22,230 nucleotides of DNA from a virus (Duplodnaviria; Heunggongvirae; Uroviricota; Caudoviricetes): IMG/VR virus record IMGVR_UViG_2713896776_000007, positions 1-22,230 of that record, one strand, 5' to 3'. The translations under genes were made by a program, and so were the position numbers. This document shows, piece after piece, positions 8,192 through 18,466 of the stretch. Below the pieces are notes generated by a model. The model did no database searches. It saw only the letters and a list, made by a program, of their open reading frames with translations, and had not been told where the DNA came from. Within the stretch, counting starts at the first letter, position 1, and the number at the start of each line of letters is the position of its first letter.

Positions 8192-9564
8192 TGCACTGGC
8201 ACCTTCAGAGGGATCACCGGCACAAAGCCGGGATGCGTAATGGCATTACGCCGGATAATGTCCGCGTCACGCGCCGCGTTATCAAACCAGGTCGCCGCCA
8301 GCACCAGCGCGGGTAAAACCTCATCCGGTGTGCGCTGAATGATCCGAGCAGACTGTTCAAGGCGCGTGTTGATATCCGCATTCAGATCTGCTTTCACCCG
8401 GCGCAGCGCCAGAAACAGCGCATCACTGGTTGTACGGGACAACTCCTTATCAATTGCCGTATTCAGTGTGTCGCGAATGTCGGTCAGTTCTTCCCACGTT
8501 GGCAGGTCAACCGTGTTTTTCACCGCCGGTGCATTGTTCAGTGCCGGATGCGTGACGGAAGGCCAGCCGGAGCTCTGCGCGGGTGTTGTTGACTGCCCCA
8601 CTGCGGCATTCTGCATCACCGCAGAAGTTGTTGGCGCAGGCAATCGGGTGACGGCATACGCCGCTTCGCTGATTGCGGTCGTACGAAGGATGCTGGCAAC
8701 CACGTTACGCTGCTGCGTCGCCGTGGCGGTGGTTTTACTGTCCGTTTTCCAGACGCCGCGCGGTTGCAGATCGCTGCCGAGGCTGACACCGGAAAGCGTT
8801 TTGATCATGGTGACCAGGTCGCTGGCGTTACCATAAAGGCGTTTCCCGGTACGCCACATTTTCTGCACCTGCTCAACGAAATTTTTTCCTGACGATGGCG
8901 GCGGCAGAAGTACCGAGATATCCCCCTGCAACAGCCTGGCAGCATCCGATACGGCAGAATCCACCACTTTCATCGCATCAGAAACATACCCCAGCATTGT
9001 GCTGGCATTACCGACGACGTCGTTCTGCACAAAATCCGCCACGCCATCGATACTGAAACCACTGAAACTGTCACTGATGCAGTCATCCAGTGCAGAACAG
9101 GATGACATCAGCGTCTGCGCCGTCGCCGCACCTGATGTGGGGTAAGAGAGTTCTCCCGCTTCGACAAACTTCAGGTCAAAGCGGACAATACGCCCTTCAC
9201 TTTTCGATGTGCTGACCCGAACTTCCCCGTCAACACAGACTTTCAGCTCACCGTATGTCGGATGGACAAGCGTGCCGGGACCGGGTTTATTCAGCGCATC
9301 AATCAGGCGATCGCGCTGGTCAAAGCAGTCATCTCCCACCACATAAGCCGTGATGGACGGGCGGAAAGTAACTTTTCCCAGATCTTCGGTATAGGGCTTG
9401 TCGCGGTTCGGGTATTCGTGTGTTTCCACACGGCGACCGGTTCCCGCACTTTCTTCTTCAACCTTAAACGATACGCCGCGAAATGACGCGTCCTGAAGTC
9501 TGTCACGCCAGCCTGAAGACGACGAAAGTAATGAAGGTCGGGTGGGAAATGAGGATAAATCCAT
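8188..9564 (-). CDS. tail protein of the Mu N / DNA circulation family (gp43-like), 458 aa
   Basis: N-terminal WRDRLQDASFRGVSFKVEEE...GRRVETHEYPNRDKPYTEDLG is characteristic of the DNA-circulation N-terminal domain. Directly downstream of the tape measure. Confidence 0.7.
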   Translation of the reverse strand: MDLSSFPTRPSLLSSSSGWRDRLQDASFRGVSFKVEEESAGTGRRVETHEYPNRDKPYTEDLGKVTFRPSITAYVVGDDCFDQRDRLIDALNKPGPGTLVHPTYGELKVCVDGEVRVSTSKSEGRIVRFDLKFVEAGELSYPTSGAATAQTLMSSCSALDDCISDSFSGFSIDGVADFVQNDVVGNASTMLGYVSDAMKVVDSAVSDAARLLQGDISVLLPPPSSGKNFVEQVQKMWRTGKRLYGNASDLVTMIKTLSGVSLGSDLQPRGVWKTDSKTTATATQQRNVVASILRTTAISEAAYAVTRLPAPTTSAVMQNAAVGQSTTPAQSSGWPSVTHPALNNAPAVKNTVDLPTWEELTDIRDTLNTAIDKELSRTTSDALFLALRRVKADLNADINTRLEQSARIIQRTPDEVLPALVLAATWFDNAARDADIIRRNAITHPGFVPVIPLKVPVQ

Positions 9565-9588
9565 AGACTGACCTCAAAAAGGACTGCG

Positions 9589-11496
9589 TTATCGTGGAAA
9601 ACGAAAAGGGGAATACCCCACATCGTGCGTGATTTTCATCAGGGGATCGGCTTTGTCCGGTACATCAATTATCTTCATACCTGGCGGAGCATTCTCGAAC
9701 GTGACTTTCAGCTCGCTGTGCTGTGTCATGGAAGAAGATGGATTCAACAGCGGAACATTGGGTTTGTACTGACTCAGGCTGGCCTGATATTGCTCGTACT
9801 CTTTACGATCAAAAAAAGGCGTCCAGTCTGAAGCCAGAAACAGCCCTTTATTATCCAGCCAGTTAACCGTATCTTCAGGAACAACACTTTCCAGAGTATC
9901 TTTAACCGGCTCATACATCAGGGTTCCCAGAAAACCATATACCCCGGCCTTCCCGATAAAGCCGCGGCCTTTCCCCATCAATCCCGTTTCTGCCGATACC
10001 TTCCCCAGCGTACGCATCTCTCTGGTCACTGCGGTAATGGATTTGGTAACGTCAGCAACCCATTTGGTTGCCATAAACAGGGCAATCGCTTTCAGAACAG
10101 TTTCCCATCCCCCCATCGCCTGCGCCGTTTCATCCATCACGTGCCAGACTTTTTTTATGACAGGACCTACGGTTTCCCAGTTATCAATAATGAGGTAAGC
10201 GCCACCAACCAGAAGAGCAATCAGCCCCTTAGCAGGCGTCATATTCATCACACCGCCGAGAACTTTCATAATTCTGGACAAAGAGCCTGCAGCGGCTCCC
10301 ACCGTCAGTAAGGCCAGACCGATTTTAGCAATGGTCTTAACGAGCTCCGGGTTTTCACGGACAAACGTTCTCACTTCCTCAAGGAGCGGTTTTACCGCTT
10401 CAAGACCATCATTAACCTCAGGAAGAAACGTTTCCCCCAGCGTGGAAGAAATGGCATCAAGTTGATTTTGCAGAAGTAAAAGCTGGTTTTCCGTCGTCGC
10501 TGCCCTCGAAGCATATTCCTTCTGCATCGAACTGCCATACTGCTGGGAATCCGCAACCCGCCTGAAGTTGGTACGCAACAAATCAAGGTTAGTCAGCAGA
10601 GGTGCTATCGCGCCCAGAGACTCTTTCCCGAACAGGGCATTCAGCACAGCTGCCCGTTTTTCTTTAGGCACTTTAGCCATCGCATCCAGTACAGATAGCA
10701 TGGTGCCCCGGGCATCTTTCTGCATATCAGCAGCTAATTTCTTCGGATTGATCCGCAGAAAACGCAATGCCTGTTTCTGCGATTTTGTCGCAGAATTTCC
10801 CGCGGTCAGGGAAAGCATGAAGTTCTTGATCCCTGTGGCGGCAATTTCTGACTCCACGCCCATCCCGGCAATGGTTGCCCCCATTGCCGCGATTTCGCCG
10901 GAAGCCACACCTGCAACACCACCTAAAGGACCAATACGCGTAACAATATCGGAGATTTTCTTCGCGTTCGCCGGGCCGGTATTACCAAGGTAGTTGATTT
11001 TGTCAGCCAGCCCGGCCACTTCATCCTGCGTCATATTAAACGCAGTACGCCACTGGGCCATCATCTGCCCGGACTCTTCAGCCGTGGTATCAAAGGCCAC
11101 GCCCATCTTCACCGCATCAGTGGCAAACTGCATCAGTTCATCACGTGCAATCCCGGCCTGACCACCCGCCGCCACGATTTCAGCGATACCTTCCGCCGAC
11201 ATAGGCAGTTCGGTTGACAGGTCACGCACCTGCTCCGTCATGGCCTTAAACGCATCCGGCGTATCCAGACCGTCCACCACTTTGCGGACATCAGCCATCT
11301 TCGATTCAAGGGTGATGGCTGATTTTACAGGGAGTACCAGTGCCCCCATTATTGCAGTACCCGCCCCGGCAGCGCCCAGAGCAAGGCTGGAGACTTCTTT
11401 CTGAAATCCCTTAAGCTGACGCTGCATACCTTTAAGCGGGCCGGATAGCCTGTCAACGGCGGTGATGATGGCTTTCAGCTGAAAATTATCAGCCAT
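9589..11496 (-). CDS. tail tape measure protein (canonical position, Mu gp42-like), 635 aa
   Basis: Helical, Ala/Gly-rich with the tape-measure core (IAEIVAAGGQAGIARDELMQFATDAVKMGVAFD...INYLGNTGP) and a hydrophobic GGAYLIIDNW segment. Lies between the chaperone-like gene and the N-like gene. Confidence 0.8.
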   Translation of the reverse strand: MADNFQLKAIITAVDRLSGPLKGMQRQLKGFQKEVSSLALGAAGAGTAIMGALVLPVKSAITLESKMADVRKVVDGLDTPDAFKAMTEQVRDLSTELPMSAEGIAEIVAAGGQAGIARDELMQFATDAVKMGVAFDTTAEESGQMMAQWRTAFNMTQDEVAGLADKINYLGNTGPANAKKISDIVTRIGPLGGVAGVASGEIAAMGATIAGMGVESEIAATGIKNFMLSLTAGNSATKSQKQALRFLRINPKKLAADMQKDARGTMLSVLDAMAKVPKEKRAAVLNALFGKESLGAIAPLLTNLDLLRTNFRRVADSQQYGSSMQKEYASRAATTENQLLLLQNQLDAISSTLGETFLPEVNDGLEAVKPLLEEVRTFVRENPELVKTIAKIGLALLTVGAAAGSLSRIMKVLGGVMNMTPAKGLIALLVGGAYLIIDNWETVGPVIKKVWHVMDETAQAMGGWETVLKAIALFMATKWVADVTKSITAVTREMRTLGKVSAETGLMGKGRGFIGKAGVYGFLGTLMYEPVKDTLESVVPEDTVNWLDNKGLFLASDWTPFFDRKEYEQYQASLSQYKPNVPLLNPSSSMTQHSELKVTFENAPPGMKIIDVPDKADPLMKITHDVGYSPFRFPR

Positions 11497-11580
11497 GCTT
11501 CATCTCCTCATTTATACGGACGGCCTCTGCCTCCAGATCAGCAAAGTGGGAAATAGCCGTCCGGCGAAGTTCAAGGGGGT

Positions 11581-11904
11581 TTAATTTCCAGAACCACGCG
11601 ACATTGTAGAATCGCTTCCGGAGGTCTCTTCCGTCTCCAAGCCGGTAAAAAAACGCATTACAATCATGCCTGCCTTGAAAATATCCAGCTTCGTCATCTG
11701 CGCTGCAGACGAGCGCGGGATCCCGGCCAGAAGCGGGATATATTTCAGCGCCACCTGACTGTCCATTTTCATACCACCATCAGGCGAAACAGAGAAAGGG
11801 AACCCCAGCGCCTCAATCTCGTCATACGTAGGCTCACGTATTTCCAGCACATGCAGTGTTTCTTTGTGGGCGATGATCGGTTTTTTAAGTACAAGCTCAA
11901 TCAC
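11581..11904 (-). CDS. tail assembly chaperone candidate (Mu gp41-like), 107 aa
   Basis: Small acidic protein between tube and tape measure. No frameshift extension of 60 aa or more is visible in the ORF track. Confidence 0.45.
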   Translation of the reverse strand: MIELVLKKPIIAHKETLHVLEIREPTYDEIEALGFPFSVSPDGGMKMDSQVALKYIPLLAGIPRSSAAQMTKLDIFKAGMIVMRFFTGLETEETSGSDSTMSRGSGN

Positions 11905-12257
11905 TGGTAATCCCCTTCTTCACCGTGGAACTCAAGATCGACCGTGCCTTCTTCGGCATTATGGTTCGCTTCGCCGTGCAGCCAGGCAGACGACAGTACA
12001 TAGACCTGACCGTTCGCCAGCTCGGCAGTGATGGTCATCTCATCAGACGAGGTGATTTTGCTCACCGGAAAATTCTTCGGCACCTTGAAGGTCCCTTTGA
12101 CATAAGGCGCACGGTGAGTTTCCTTGCGGTCCACTGAACCGTCCAGGCCGATGATGTCATCATTGACCGTCCTGTTCATGGGCACCTCAATGCCGCCGGT
12201 CAGCGATAGCTGCTGACCGTCAATTTTGAAATAACAGGTTCCCCCGATACGGGCCAT
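11901..12257 (-). CDS. tail tube protein (Mu M-like), 118 aa
   Basis: Directly follows the sheath gene with overlapping start and stop; size typical of a Mu-type tube. Confidence 0.65.
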   Translation of the reverse strand: MARIGGTCYFKIDGQQLSLTGGIEVPMNRTVNDDIIGLDGSVDRKETHRAPYVKGTFKVPKNFPVSKITSSDEMTITAELANGQVYVLSSAWLHGEANHNAEEGTVDLEFHGEEGDYQ

Positions 12258-13753
12258 TATGCGGACTCCTCTGAATACTGAAGACGGAACTGGTTAACCA
12301 CGGCAAAGACACGCAACTGGTTAACATAGTCAGGCGGGAACAGCGTGTTCAGGCGGTTCGGATCGCTGGCATCACGCTCCACAACTAGGTACTGCTTAAA
12401 CAGTGCGTAGTTTTCCACGATCCCCGCACGCTCAAGCTGACGGTAGGTTGCCAGCAGTTCCCCTTTGATCACCGCCGGGGTGACAATCGCCTGACCGGGA
12501 CCAAAGCGGGTACCGTCACTGGCAAGCTTGTGACGCCCGTACTTACTGGTAATGACGGATTTCAGTTTGCGCAGTACATACGCGCTGGTATGCAGGGTCT
12601 CACTGTCTAGGTAGCTGTTATCCGCAACCCCGTAAGCGTTTTTCCTGTACGTGGTGACATCACGCTGAATGCGCAGTACCCCGCTTTCGACATACGCCGT
12701 TGCCACGCCATGAGACAGCAGGGTCTGTTGTTCGGTCATCGTGAACCGTTTCCCCTTCGGCGCAGGCAGCATACCCACCAGCTCACCGGTCTGCGTGGGA
12801 CGTGCCGGATCGTTGCGAATAAACACCGCTGCGCGGGCGGTACGGCTTGCCGCCAGTTCGTCGGCAGGCGTCTGGGTCTCTTTTTCGTACCCCGCCAGGG
12901 TAATGTGCTGCTGGTTAAACTGGTCACCTGCGGTCACCAGTTCTGACAGCGTGCCGATCTTTGCCGTATACACATGACCATACAGCTGACGCGCATAGCT
13001 CCAGCGACCGCTGGTATCGTTCATCTCGGTCACCAGCGTGTTAACGGAGGCCGTGTCGTTGAACGGCAGGCCGATATAATCAAACGGCTCATCCGCCATT
13101 GCAGCCACCGCGCCGGTGAGAACCGGAGCACCCGTTCCGGCGGTACCCGTCGCCACGGCAATCTGTACGCCCGCTGGCAGCACTTCGCCCCCACCAAAGC
13201 CGTAGTAATTGAGGCTGACAGGAATTTCATTCCCGCAAAGCCCCTTATGACGCGCGGTCAGTGTGACCACGCCTGCCGAAGATGAAGCCGTAAACGGCAG
13301 GGCCGGAACGGCATTGATGGCATCTTTGATACTGCTGGCAATCGTCGTGACGTTATCGCCGTTGGTCACCGGAGCCTGCACGCGGGTACGTCCCACATAG
13401 ACATTCACCGTGCCGGTTTCGGTTGCCGCCCCGGTCACCGTCAGCGTAACCGTTGCCGCCGCGCCTGTGGATTCAGGAACGGCAATCACATACAGCTCAC
13501 CAAACGGGTCGGTCTGGCGATAAGCCTCGACCATACGCGCCAGCTGACTTCCCGCACCACAAATCTGGCGTGCATAGTCTGCCGACGGCATCAGTACCAG
13601 ACTGTTGGCAACAATCTCTGCACCGTTATTGGCATGACCAATCAGCAGCGATGCTCCGCTGTCCTGTGCAGTATTCGCCGCCGAGTTATCCATTTCCGCA
13701 TAAAACAACGGAACCAGCGTATTCGACGGAATGGTGTTAAAGCTTATCGTCAT
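12257..13753 (-). CDS. contractile tail sheath protein (Mu L-like), 498 aa
   Basis: Size and position, followed by tube, chaperone and tape measure. Confidence 0.75.
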   Translation of the reverse strand: MTISFNTIPSNTLVPLFYAEMDNSAANTAQDSGASLLIGHANNGAEIVANSLVLMPSADYARQICGAGSQLARMVEAYRQTDPFGELYVIAVPESTGAAATVTLTVTGAATETGTVNVYVGRTRVQAPVTNGDNVTTIASSIKDAINAVPALPFTASSSAGVVTLTARHKGLCGNEIPVSLNYYGFGGGEVLPAGVQIAVATGTAGTGAPVLTGAVAAMADEPFDYIGLPFNDTASVNTLVTEMNDTSGRWSYARQLYGHVYTAKIGTLSELVTAGDQFNQQHITLAGYEKETQTPADELAASRTARAAVFIRNDPARPTQTGELVGMLPAPKGKRFTMTEQQTLLSHGVATAYVESGVLRIQRDVTTYRKNAYGVADNSYLDSETLHTSAYVLRKLKSVITSKYGRHKLASDGTRFGPGQAIVTPAVIKGELLATYRQLERAGIVENYALFKQYLVVERDASDPNRLNTLFPPDYVNQLRVFAVVNQFRLQYSEESA

Positions 13754-13915
13754 CGGTATTCACCTTTTTATTCACGCGCCGGATATCACCCGCTGCTTCA
13801 CGGCGCAGCCAGTAGTTGTTCTCGTCAACATTTCGCCCTTCGGCGGGCAAAAGGTCGCCGCGGGCAGGGTCAGGAACTGACCGCCCTTTAACAGGTTTCA
13901 CAAACATGAAGATTC

Positions 13916-14476
13916 TCAGGAAGGAAGGGTTATTTCGGTGTGATGTTCGATATCGCCGTCAGGCCCGTTACCGGGATCGAGATAATCAACATCAATCGCC
14001 AGCGTTCGCAGTTCATCCAGACTGTTCAGGTCATCCTGCTGGCGGGTATCGTCTTCAGTCAGCTCGCTGATGACCGAAAAATCGAACTGATAAATCAGCT
14101 CATGACGATTCAGATCCAGCAGCGTGCCGCCGTCATAGGTAATCGGGTTACCGCACGCCTCCGGGTTCCAGCCCAGCAGAGCCTTAAAGAGCATCTGCCG
14201 GACATCGTCCACCACATCATACGAGGCAAACTGACCGCGCTCATCACGCCCGTTACTCAGTATGACAACCACGGAGAAACCCTCTTTCAGCTCCTGCCAG
14301 TAGTCGGTCTGGCTTTTGTTTTCTCCCGGAGAATCATCACCCGGTACAACATATGCCGCCGGGAGTTTCAGCTTTCCGACCTCCGGCAGATTTTTGAACT
14401 GGGCCGCGCCTGCAACCCGGTTTTCAAAATACGGACAGCGGGCACGCAGTGCAGCAATAACAGGCGTCAGTTTCAT
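13916..14476 (-). CDS. tail completion / neck protein candidate (Mu gp37-like), 186 aa
   Basis: Position immediately upstream of the sheath gene; acidic C-terminus. Assignment is positional. Confidence 0.4.
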   Translation of the reverse strand: MKLTPVIAALRARCPYFENRVAGAAQFKNLPEVGKLKLPAAYVVPGDDSPGENKSQTDYWQELKEGFSVVVILSNGRDERGQFASYDVVDDVRQMLFKALLGWNPEACGNPITYDGGTLLDLNRHELIYQFDFSVISELTEDDTRQQDDLNSLDELRTLAIDVDYLDPGNGPDGDIEHHTEITLPS

Positions 14477-14704
14477 CTGTGTCGTCGCTCCGGCTTCAGT
14501 GATTTACGCAATTCCCGCGCCAGAAAATAGCGTGTCCAGCTGCGGTTCTTTTCAAGAGTTTCCACCATGAAGTTATTACGTGGAGCCAGTCGCCAGCCGC
14601 TGCCACCGGATGCACCTGATCCACCGCGCGATAAATAAGCCGCAATCCGTGAGATAAATGGACACGGTGCGGCTTTTCAGATACTGCAAAGGAATTACAA
14701 ATTA

Positions 14705-17182
14705 TCAGTCGTAAGCAACCCGGCGCTTACGGGCAAGAATAGCTTCCAGCGCTCTTTCAATCTCAGGAATGGACAGCTTAAGCGCATTCGCTACATCCGG
14801 TGCTGGTGACTTGTTCTTGCCATCAATATAGATATGGTTAATGACGTTAATCCCTGCACCTGCCGGTGAATGTGAATCCCGGCCTCTGGATAAGGTAAGG
14901 TCGCCGCGCATATAGCGCTCTAATACGGGTGGTACTTTCGGTACATCCGGCACCATCATATCAGCCAGCCGCGAGGAGGCTTTTAGCGCCAGCGATGCAG
15001 ACTGACCGATACCAATCGCCGCCCCTTCTGCGATGTTTGAACCGAAGCCCATAAAGACCCGGCTTGGCGAGTGAATCCCCAGCTTTTCCTTGAACCACCC
15101 GCCGACGCTATCGCCCATCTCGGTAACGGTATTCTTGAGCGACTCCCACTTATTTTTGATACCGTTCACCAGTCCGTCAATCAGGTGACCGCCAAACTCG
15201 GTAAACTGGCCGGGAAGGTCGATGTTAAACCACTTCATGACCCCCGCAAACGCCTTGTAGAACAGCCCCAGCGGCGACCAGTTCAGGATTAGCTTACTGA
15301 CGCCGAGAACGCCGCCGTTAAAGGCCGTTTTGACTTCCTCCCATCGCTGTGAGAACCATCGACTTATTGCCCCCCAGTTGCGGTATATCAGGTATGCGCC
15401 CCCGGCGATGACGGTTATCGCAATGCCTAAGGGATTCATCATCAGCGCCCGGCCAAACCAGAGAAATGCTTTTGCAACGACCATGACGCCCCTGAACAGC
15501 CCACCTGCCAGCGCTTTACCCAGCGTCCCGGCTCCCTTCGCTACGGTACTGAATCCAGTAGCCAGCCAGCGCAACCTGCCACCAACACCAAGGGCGGCTT
15601 TCAGCTTCACCCAATGAGTGTGTACCAGAACAGCGTTTTTCCACATCCCAACAAAAGGTGAAAAAAGCAGATTAAGGCCGAGCTTCAGACCGACAGTGGC
15701 AATTTTCAGCCCCAGCAGTGCGCCCACGGTTTTTGCCACACCCTGAACAAGCGTCGGATGTTGCTCTATCCAGAGCTTCGTTGTCTGAATCATCGGGATT
15801 AATTGCCGGGTTGCTGACACAAATGTAGGGGACAACTGATCGCCGAGAGAGATAGATAAATCACGGGTGTTTATCATCAGGGCTTTGGTTGCTTCCAGCG
15901 GCGATTTGAGCCTTTCAGCATAGGATGCCGCCAGCAGGTCATTATCAGCCGCTTTAAGTGCACCAGAGCGGATTGCCCTGTATTTATCCATGTTAGCAAG
16001 CATAGGGCGAACGAACGCCATTACCTGCATATCGGTGAACATCTCACCCAGCCCAAAGTTTTTAGCCAGACTTTGTAAGGCCTCGTCCCGCGCTTTGTTG
16101 TCCTGAATTTGCATTGCGGATTTAAAACCAGCCAGAGCTTTCGGACTCGTTGCATTAAGGTATCTTTGGGTTACATCCAGCATACCTTCAATGGGGGAAA
16201 CTCCGGCTGCTTTATAATTCGCAAGAGACCCCATCAGGTCGATACCTAAATCGGCAAATCGCTTCTGCGTATCAGGCGCAAAAATCTTGGTGAGGAAGTT
16301 CCTGAAATTGTTTGCAGTCTCATCCGGTGAACCTGAACCAATCATAGCGACCTGCAAACTGGCCCCAATCTCCGCCACTGCATCCTTACCGTCTGCAATA
16401 CCCTGCATCATCGGCGCAAGCGACTGAATCCATTTCACCTGGTCAGGGATTTCAAAAGACCCCTGGTCACCTGCGTAGGCCATGATGTTCTGTACCGCGC
16501 CAAATTCTTTTGCGCTGCCTTTCAGCGAGTTTTGCCACACCGCCGCAACCTTTGCCCATTCCGTTCCTGCGGTACGGGTTGCCGTGGCTGCACGGGCGAT
16601 ATTCGGCATGTAGTTGCCAATATCTGAAAGCCCGTCAATGTTATCGCTGATAAGTGAACCAACGGCGTCCTGCATATCGCTCTGATACTGGTTGTATTTG
16701 AGCGACCACCCTTTGATTTGCTCTCCCAGAGTCTTACGGGTTTTATCGTCATATTTCGCTGTGATTGACATATCAATCATTTTATCTTCAAACGATGCCG
16801 ACTGTTCTATAGCCGGGGACACAAGACTGTAAGCAGCCCTGACTTGTGCATACGCCTCTACTCCCTGACCGTAGAGCGCCATGCGGTTAGATTTCAGGGC
16901 GTCAGAAGTGGCAGACGCTGCCGACAGGCGGGACTGCTGGCGGTTAAGCTGTTCCAGCGTTCTGCCGACCCGTTGCAGGTCATTGTTCAGGCGCGAGGCT
17001 ACGCCCGAACCAACCTGACCGTAACGCTGCATGGCGCGTGACAGGCTGCTTTGCTGCTCCGTCAGTCGGCGTGAGGTGTCGCCGAGAGAATCCAGAGTAC
17101 GCCGGGTACTGCTCATCGCGGAACGAAAACTGCTCCCGACAATGCCGCCAATCATCACGCCAACAGAAAAATTATTGCTCAT
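14705..17182 (-). CDS. second tape-measure-like protein, 825 aa (paralog of the 635-aa tape measure)
   Basis: Coiled-coil N-terminus, tape-measure core, Gly/hydrophobic segments including GGAYLIYRNW (compare GGAYLIIDNW in the 635-aa protein), and a C-terminal GIHSPSRVF motif as in lambda-H-type tape measures. Confidence 0.6.
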   Translation of the reverse strand: MSNNFSVGVMIGGIVGSSFRSAMSSTRRTLDSLGDTSRRLTEQQSSLSRAMQRYGQVGSGVASRLNNDLQRVGRTLEQLNRQQSRLSAASATSDALKSNRMALYGQGVEAYAQVRAAYSLVSPAIEQSASFEDKMIDMSITAKYDDKTRKTLGEQIKGWSLKYNQYQSDMQDAVGSLISDNIDGLSDIGNYMPNIARAATATRTAGTEWAKVAAVWQNSLKGSAKEFGAVQNIMAYAGDQGSFEIPDQVKWIQSLAPMMQGIADGKDAVAEIGASLQVAMIGSGSPDETANNFRNFLTKIFAPDTQKRFADLGIDLMGSLANYKAAGVSPIEGMLDVTQRYLNATSPKALAGFKSAMQIQDNKARDEALQSLAKNFGLGEMFTDMQVMAFVRPMLANMDKYRAIRSGALKAADNDLLAASYAERLKSPLEATKALMINTRDLSISLGDQLSPTFVSATRQLIPMIQTTKLWIEQHPTLVQGVAKTVGALLGLKIATVGLKLGLNLLFSPFVGMWKNAVLVHTHWVKLKAALGVGGRLRWLATGFSTVAKGAGTLGKALAGGLFRGVMVVAKAFLWFGRALMMNPLGIAITVIAGGAYLIYRNWGAISRWFSQRWEEVKTAFNGGVLGVSKLILNWSPLGLFYKAFAGVMKWFNIDLPGQFTEFGGHLIDGLVNGIKNKWESLKNTVTEMGDSVGGWFKEKLGIHSPSRVFMGFGSNIAEGAAIGIGQSASLALKASSRLADMMVPDVPKVPPVLERYMRGDLTLSRGRDSHSPAGAGINVINHIYIDGKNKSPAPDVANALKLSIPEIERALEAILARKRRVAYD

Positions 17183-17214
17183 GGTTCACTCCGGTAATGA
17201 GTGGTTCGGTGGCG

Positions 17215-17808
17215 TCATTCGGTCAGGGACAGGCCGCTGATTCCGGTAATCCCGGCAATTTCCTCGCTGACAGCCATCAGTTCACTTTCAAGCCCGGTAC
17301 GTTCGCTGACCAGCGCCGCAACGGTCTTACGGCGTTCTGCCAGTGACGGAAGTTTGTCATTGCCCCACACCACGCTTTTATCCTTCTTAAGCGCTTCGGT
17401 CAGGCGGGTGGCGACCACATCCGGGAAGAAAAAGCAGAGCTTGCGCATAACCGCCATCCCGGTATCAGCCGGGGAGATGTTTCCACCCAACCCCACCAGA
17501 CGGAACAGGCCGGAAATATCGCCGCTCTCATTCTCCAGATTGCCCCAGCGTTCGGCGTTCCCTTCACTGCCGGAACTGTTGCAGAGGACACGCTTGAATG
17601 ACTGATATTCTTCCTGCCCGAATCGCTCAATATATTCAGGAATGAAAGAACAGTAATCATTAAGCGATAAAGGCATATCCTGTAATGTGGTTATTTCGCC
17701 GTTAATTTCACTAATGCGGCGAGAGAGTTTTTCTTTCTGCTCATTCAGGGAGGCAAGATTATTTTTAACGGCGTTCAGTGCTTCGATAAGGGAAATAACT
17801 GGTTTCAT
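17215..17808 (-). CDS. hypothetical phage protein with N-terminal coiled coil, 197 aa (scaffold or chaperone-like?)
   Basis: ORF in operon orientation, start adjacent to the stop of the upstream gene. No recognisable motif. Confidence 0.45.
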   Translation of the reverse strand: MKPVISLIEALNAVKNNLASLNEQKEKLSRRISEINGEITTLQDMPLSLNDYCSFIPEYIERFGQEEYQSFKRVLCNSSGSEGNAERWGNLENESGDISGLFRLVGLGGNISPADTGMAVMRKLCFFFPDVVATRLTEALKKDKSVVWGNDKLPSLAERRKTVAALVSERTGLESELMAVSEEIAGITGISGLSLTE

Positions 17809-17809
17809 T

Positions 17810-18424
17810 TTAATAACTCCAGATAAAAGGCGTGGTGAGTGTGAGTGCTTCGGAATAGGAGACGTTACAGGCTTCGCTTACATCCTTTATTAAAAGGTGC
17901 TGCGCTGCTCTCTGGCTGTCAGCTATGCCGTCGAACTCTGAGAAATAAACGTGTGATTCATTGTGACCAAAACAGACCGGGTAAGCGCTTTCCATAAATT
18001 CCACCTGCTCCAGCCCTTTAACGGCTGGCGGCTGTGAGCCGAGAAAACCGATATGGCGTAGATACCAAGCTCCGGTGCCTGCCGGGTTGCTGGCCTCGCC
18101 GGGCTTATAGAATGACGCAGATACTTTCCTGTAACGCCCTGAGCGCACCAGCCCCAGCAGGGTATCATCCGGTTTTACCAGTGCGAAAAGCCTGCCGTTC
18201 TTGCTTATCAGTCCGGTGGTTTCGCCATAGGCCGGGCTGTTACTGGCCGGATGCCCCAGACACAGCGGCGCACCGTAACCCGCGCTGCGATAGCCGTTAT
18301 AGGCCGCTGCCATGTTGTCGATATCCTCGTCGGAAAAGCTGATTTCCTGTCCCGCCATCGCGGTATGCGTTCCCGCCCGGAATATCTCAATCGTTTTCCA
18401 GTTGCCCAAATTAAGATTTGTCAT
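17810..18424 (-). CDS. hypothetical phage late protein, 204 aa; weak resemblance to the Mu I prohead-protease N-terminal domain
   Basis: First gene after the Mor-like activator. Motifs GHP...PAYG and GRYRKVSASF resemble my recollection of the Mu-like I protein family; unverified. Confidence 0.3.
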   Translation of the reverse strand: MTNLNLGNWKTIEIFRAGTHTAMAGQEISFSDEDIDNMAAAYNGYRSAGYGAPLCLGHPASNSPAYGETTGLISKNGRLFALVKPDDTLLGLVRSGRYRKVSASFYKPGEASNPAGTGAWYLRHIGFLGSQPPAVKGLEQVEFMESAYPVCFGHNESHVYFSEFDGIADSQRAAQHLLIKDVSEACNVSYSEALTLTTPFIWSY

Positions 18425-18466
18425 TTACCTGTTCTCGGTTGTGATGTGTAAACAGTGCTTTGCTGC

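Noticed and set aside
11497-11904. Programmed frameshift extension of the tail chaperone (G/GT-type)
   Set aside because: No alternative-frame ORF of meaningful length spans the chaperone to tape-measure junction in the ORF track, and I could not identify a convincing slippery heptamer by eye; left unannotated.
13940-14530. 196-aa plus-strand ORF fully overlapping the minus-strand neck-like gene (similar antisense ORFs at 6151..6609, 7682..8020, 8339..8836, 10568..10993, 12974..13285)
   Set aside because: Arg-rich, low-complexity translations antisense to coherent, translationally coupled minus-strand genes in GC-rich DNA; typical shadow ORFs with no RBS or operon logic.
14477-14704. 228-bp gap between the 825-aa gene and the neck-like gene as a possible small-gene or regulatory site
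   Set aside because: No ORF of 60 aa or more and no clear hairpin or repeat seen; treated as an ordinary intergenic spacer or mosaic joint.
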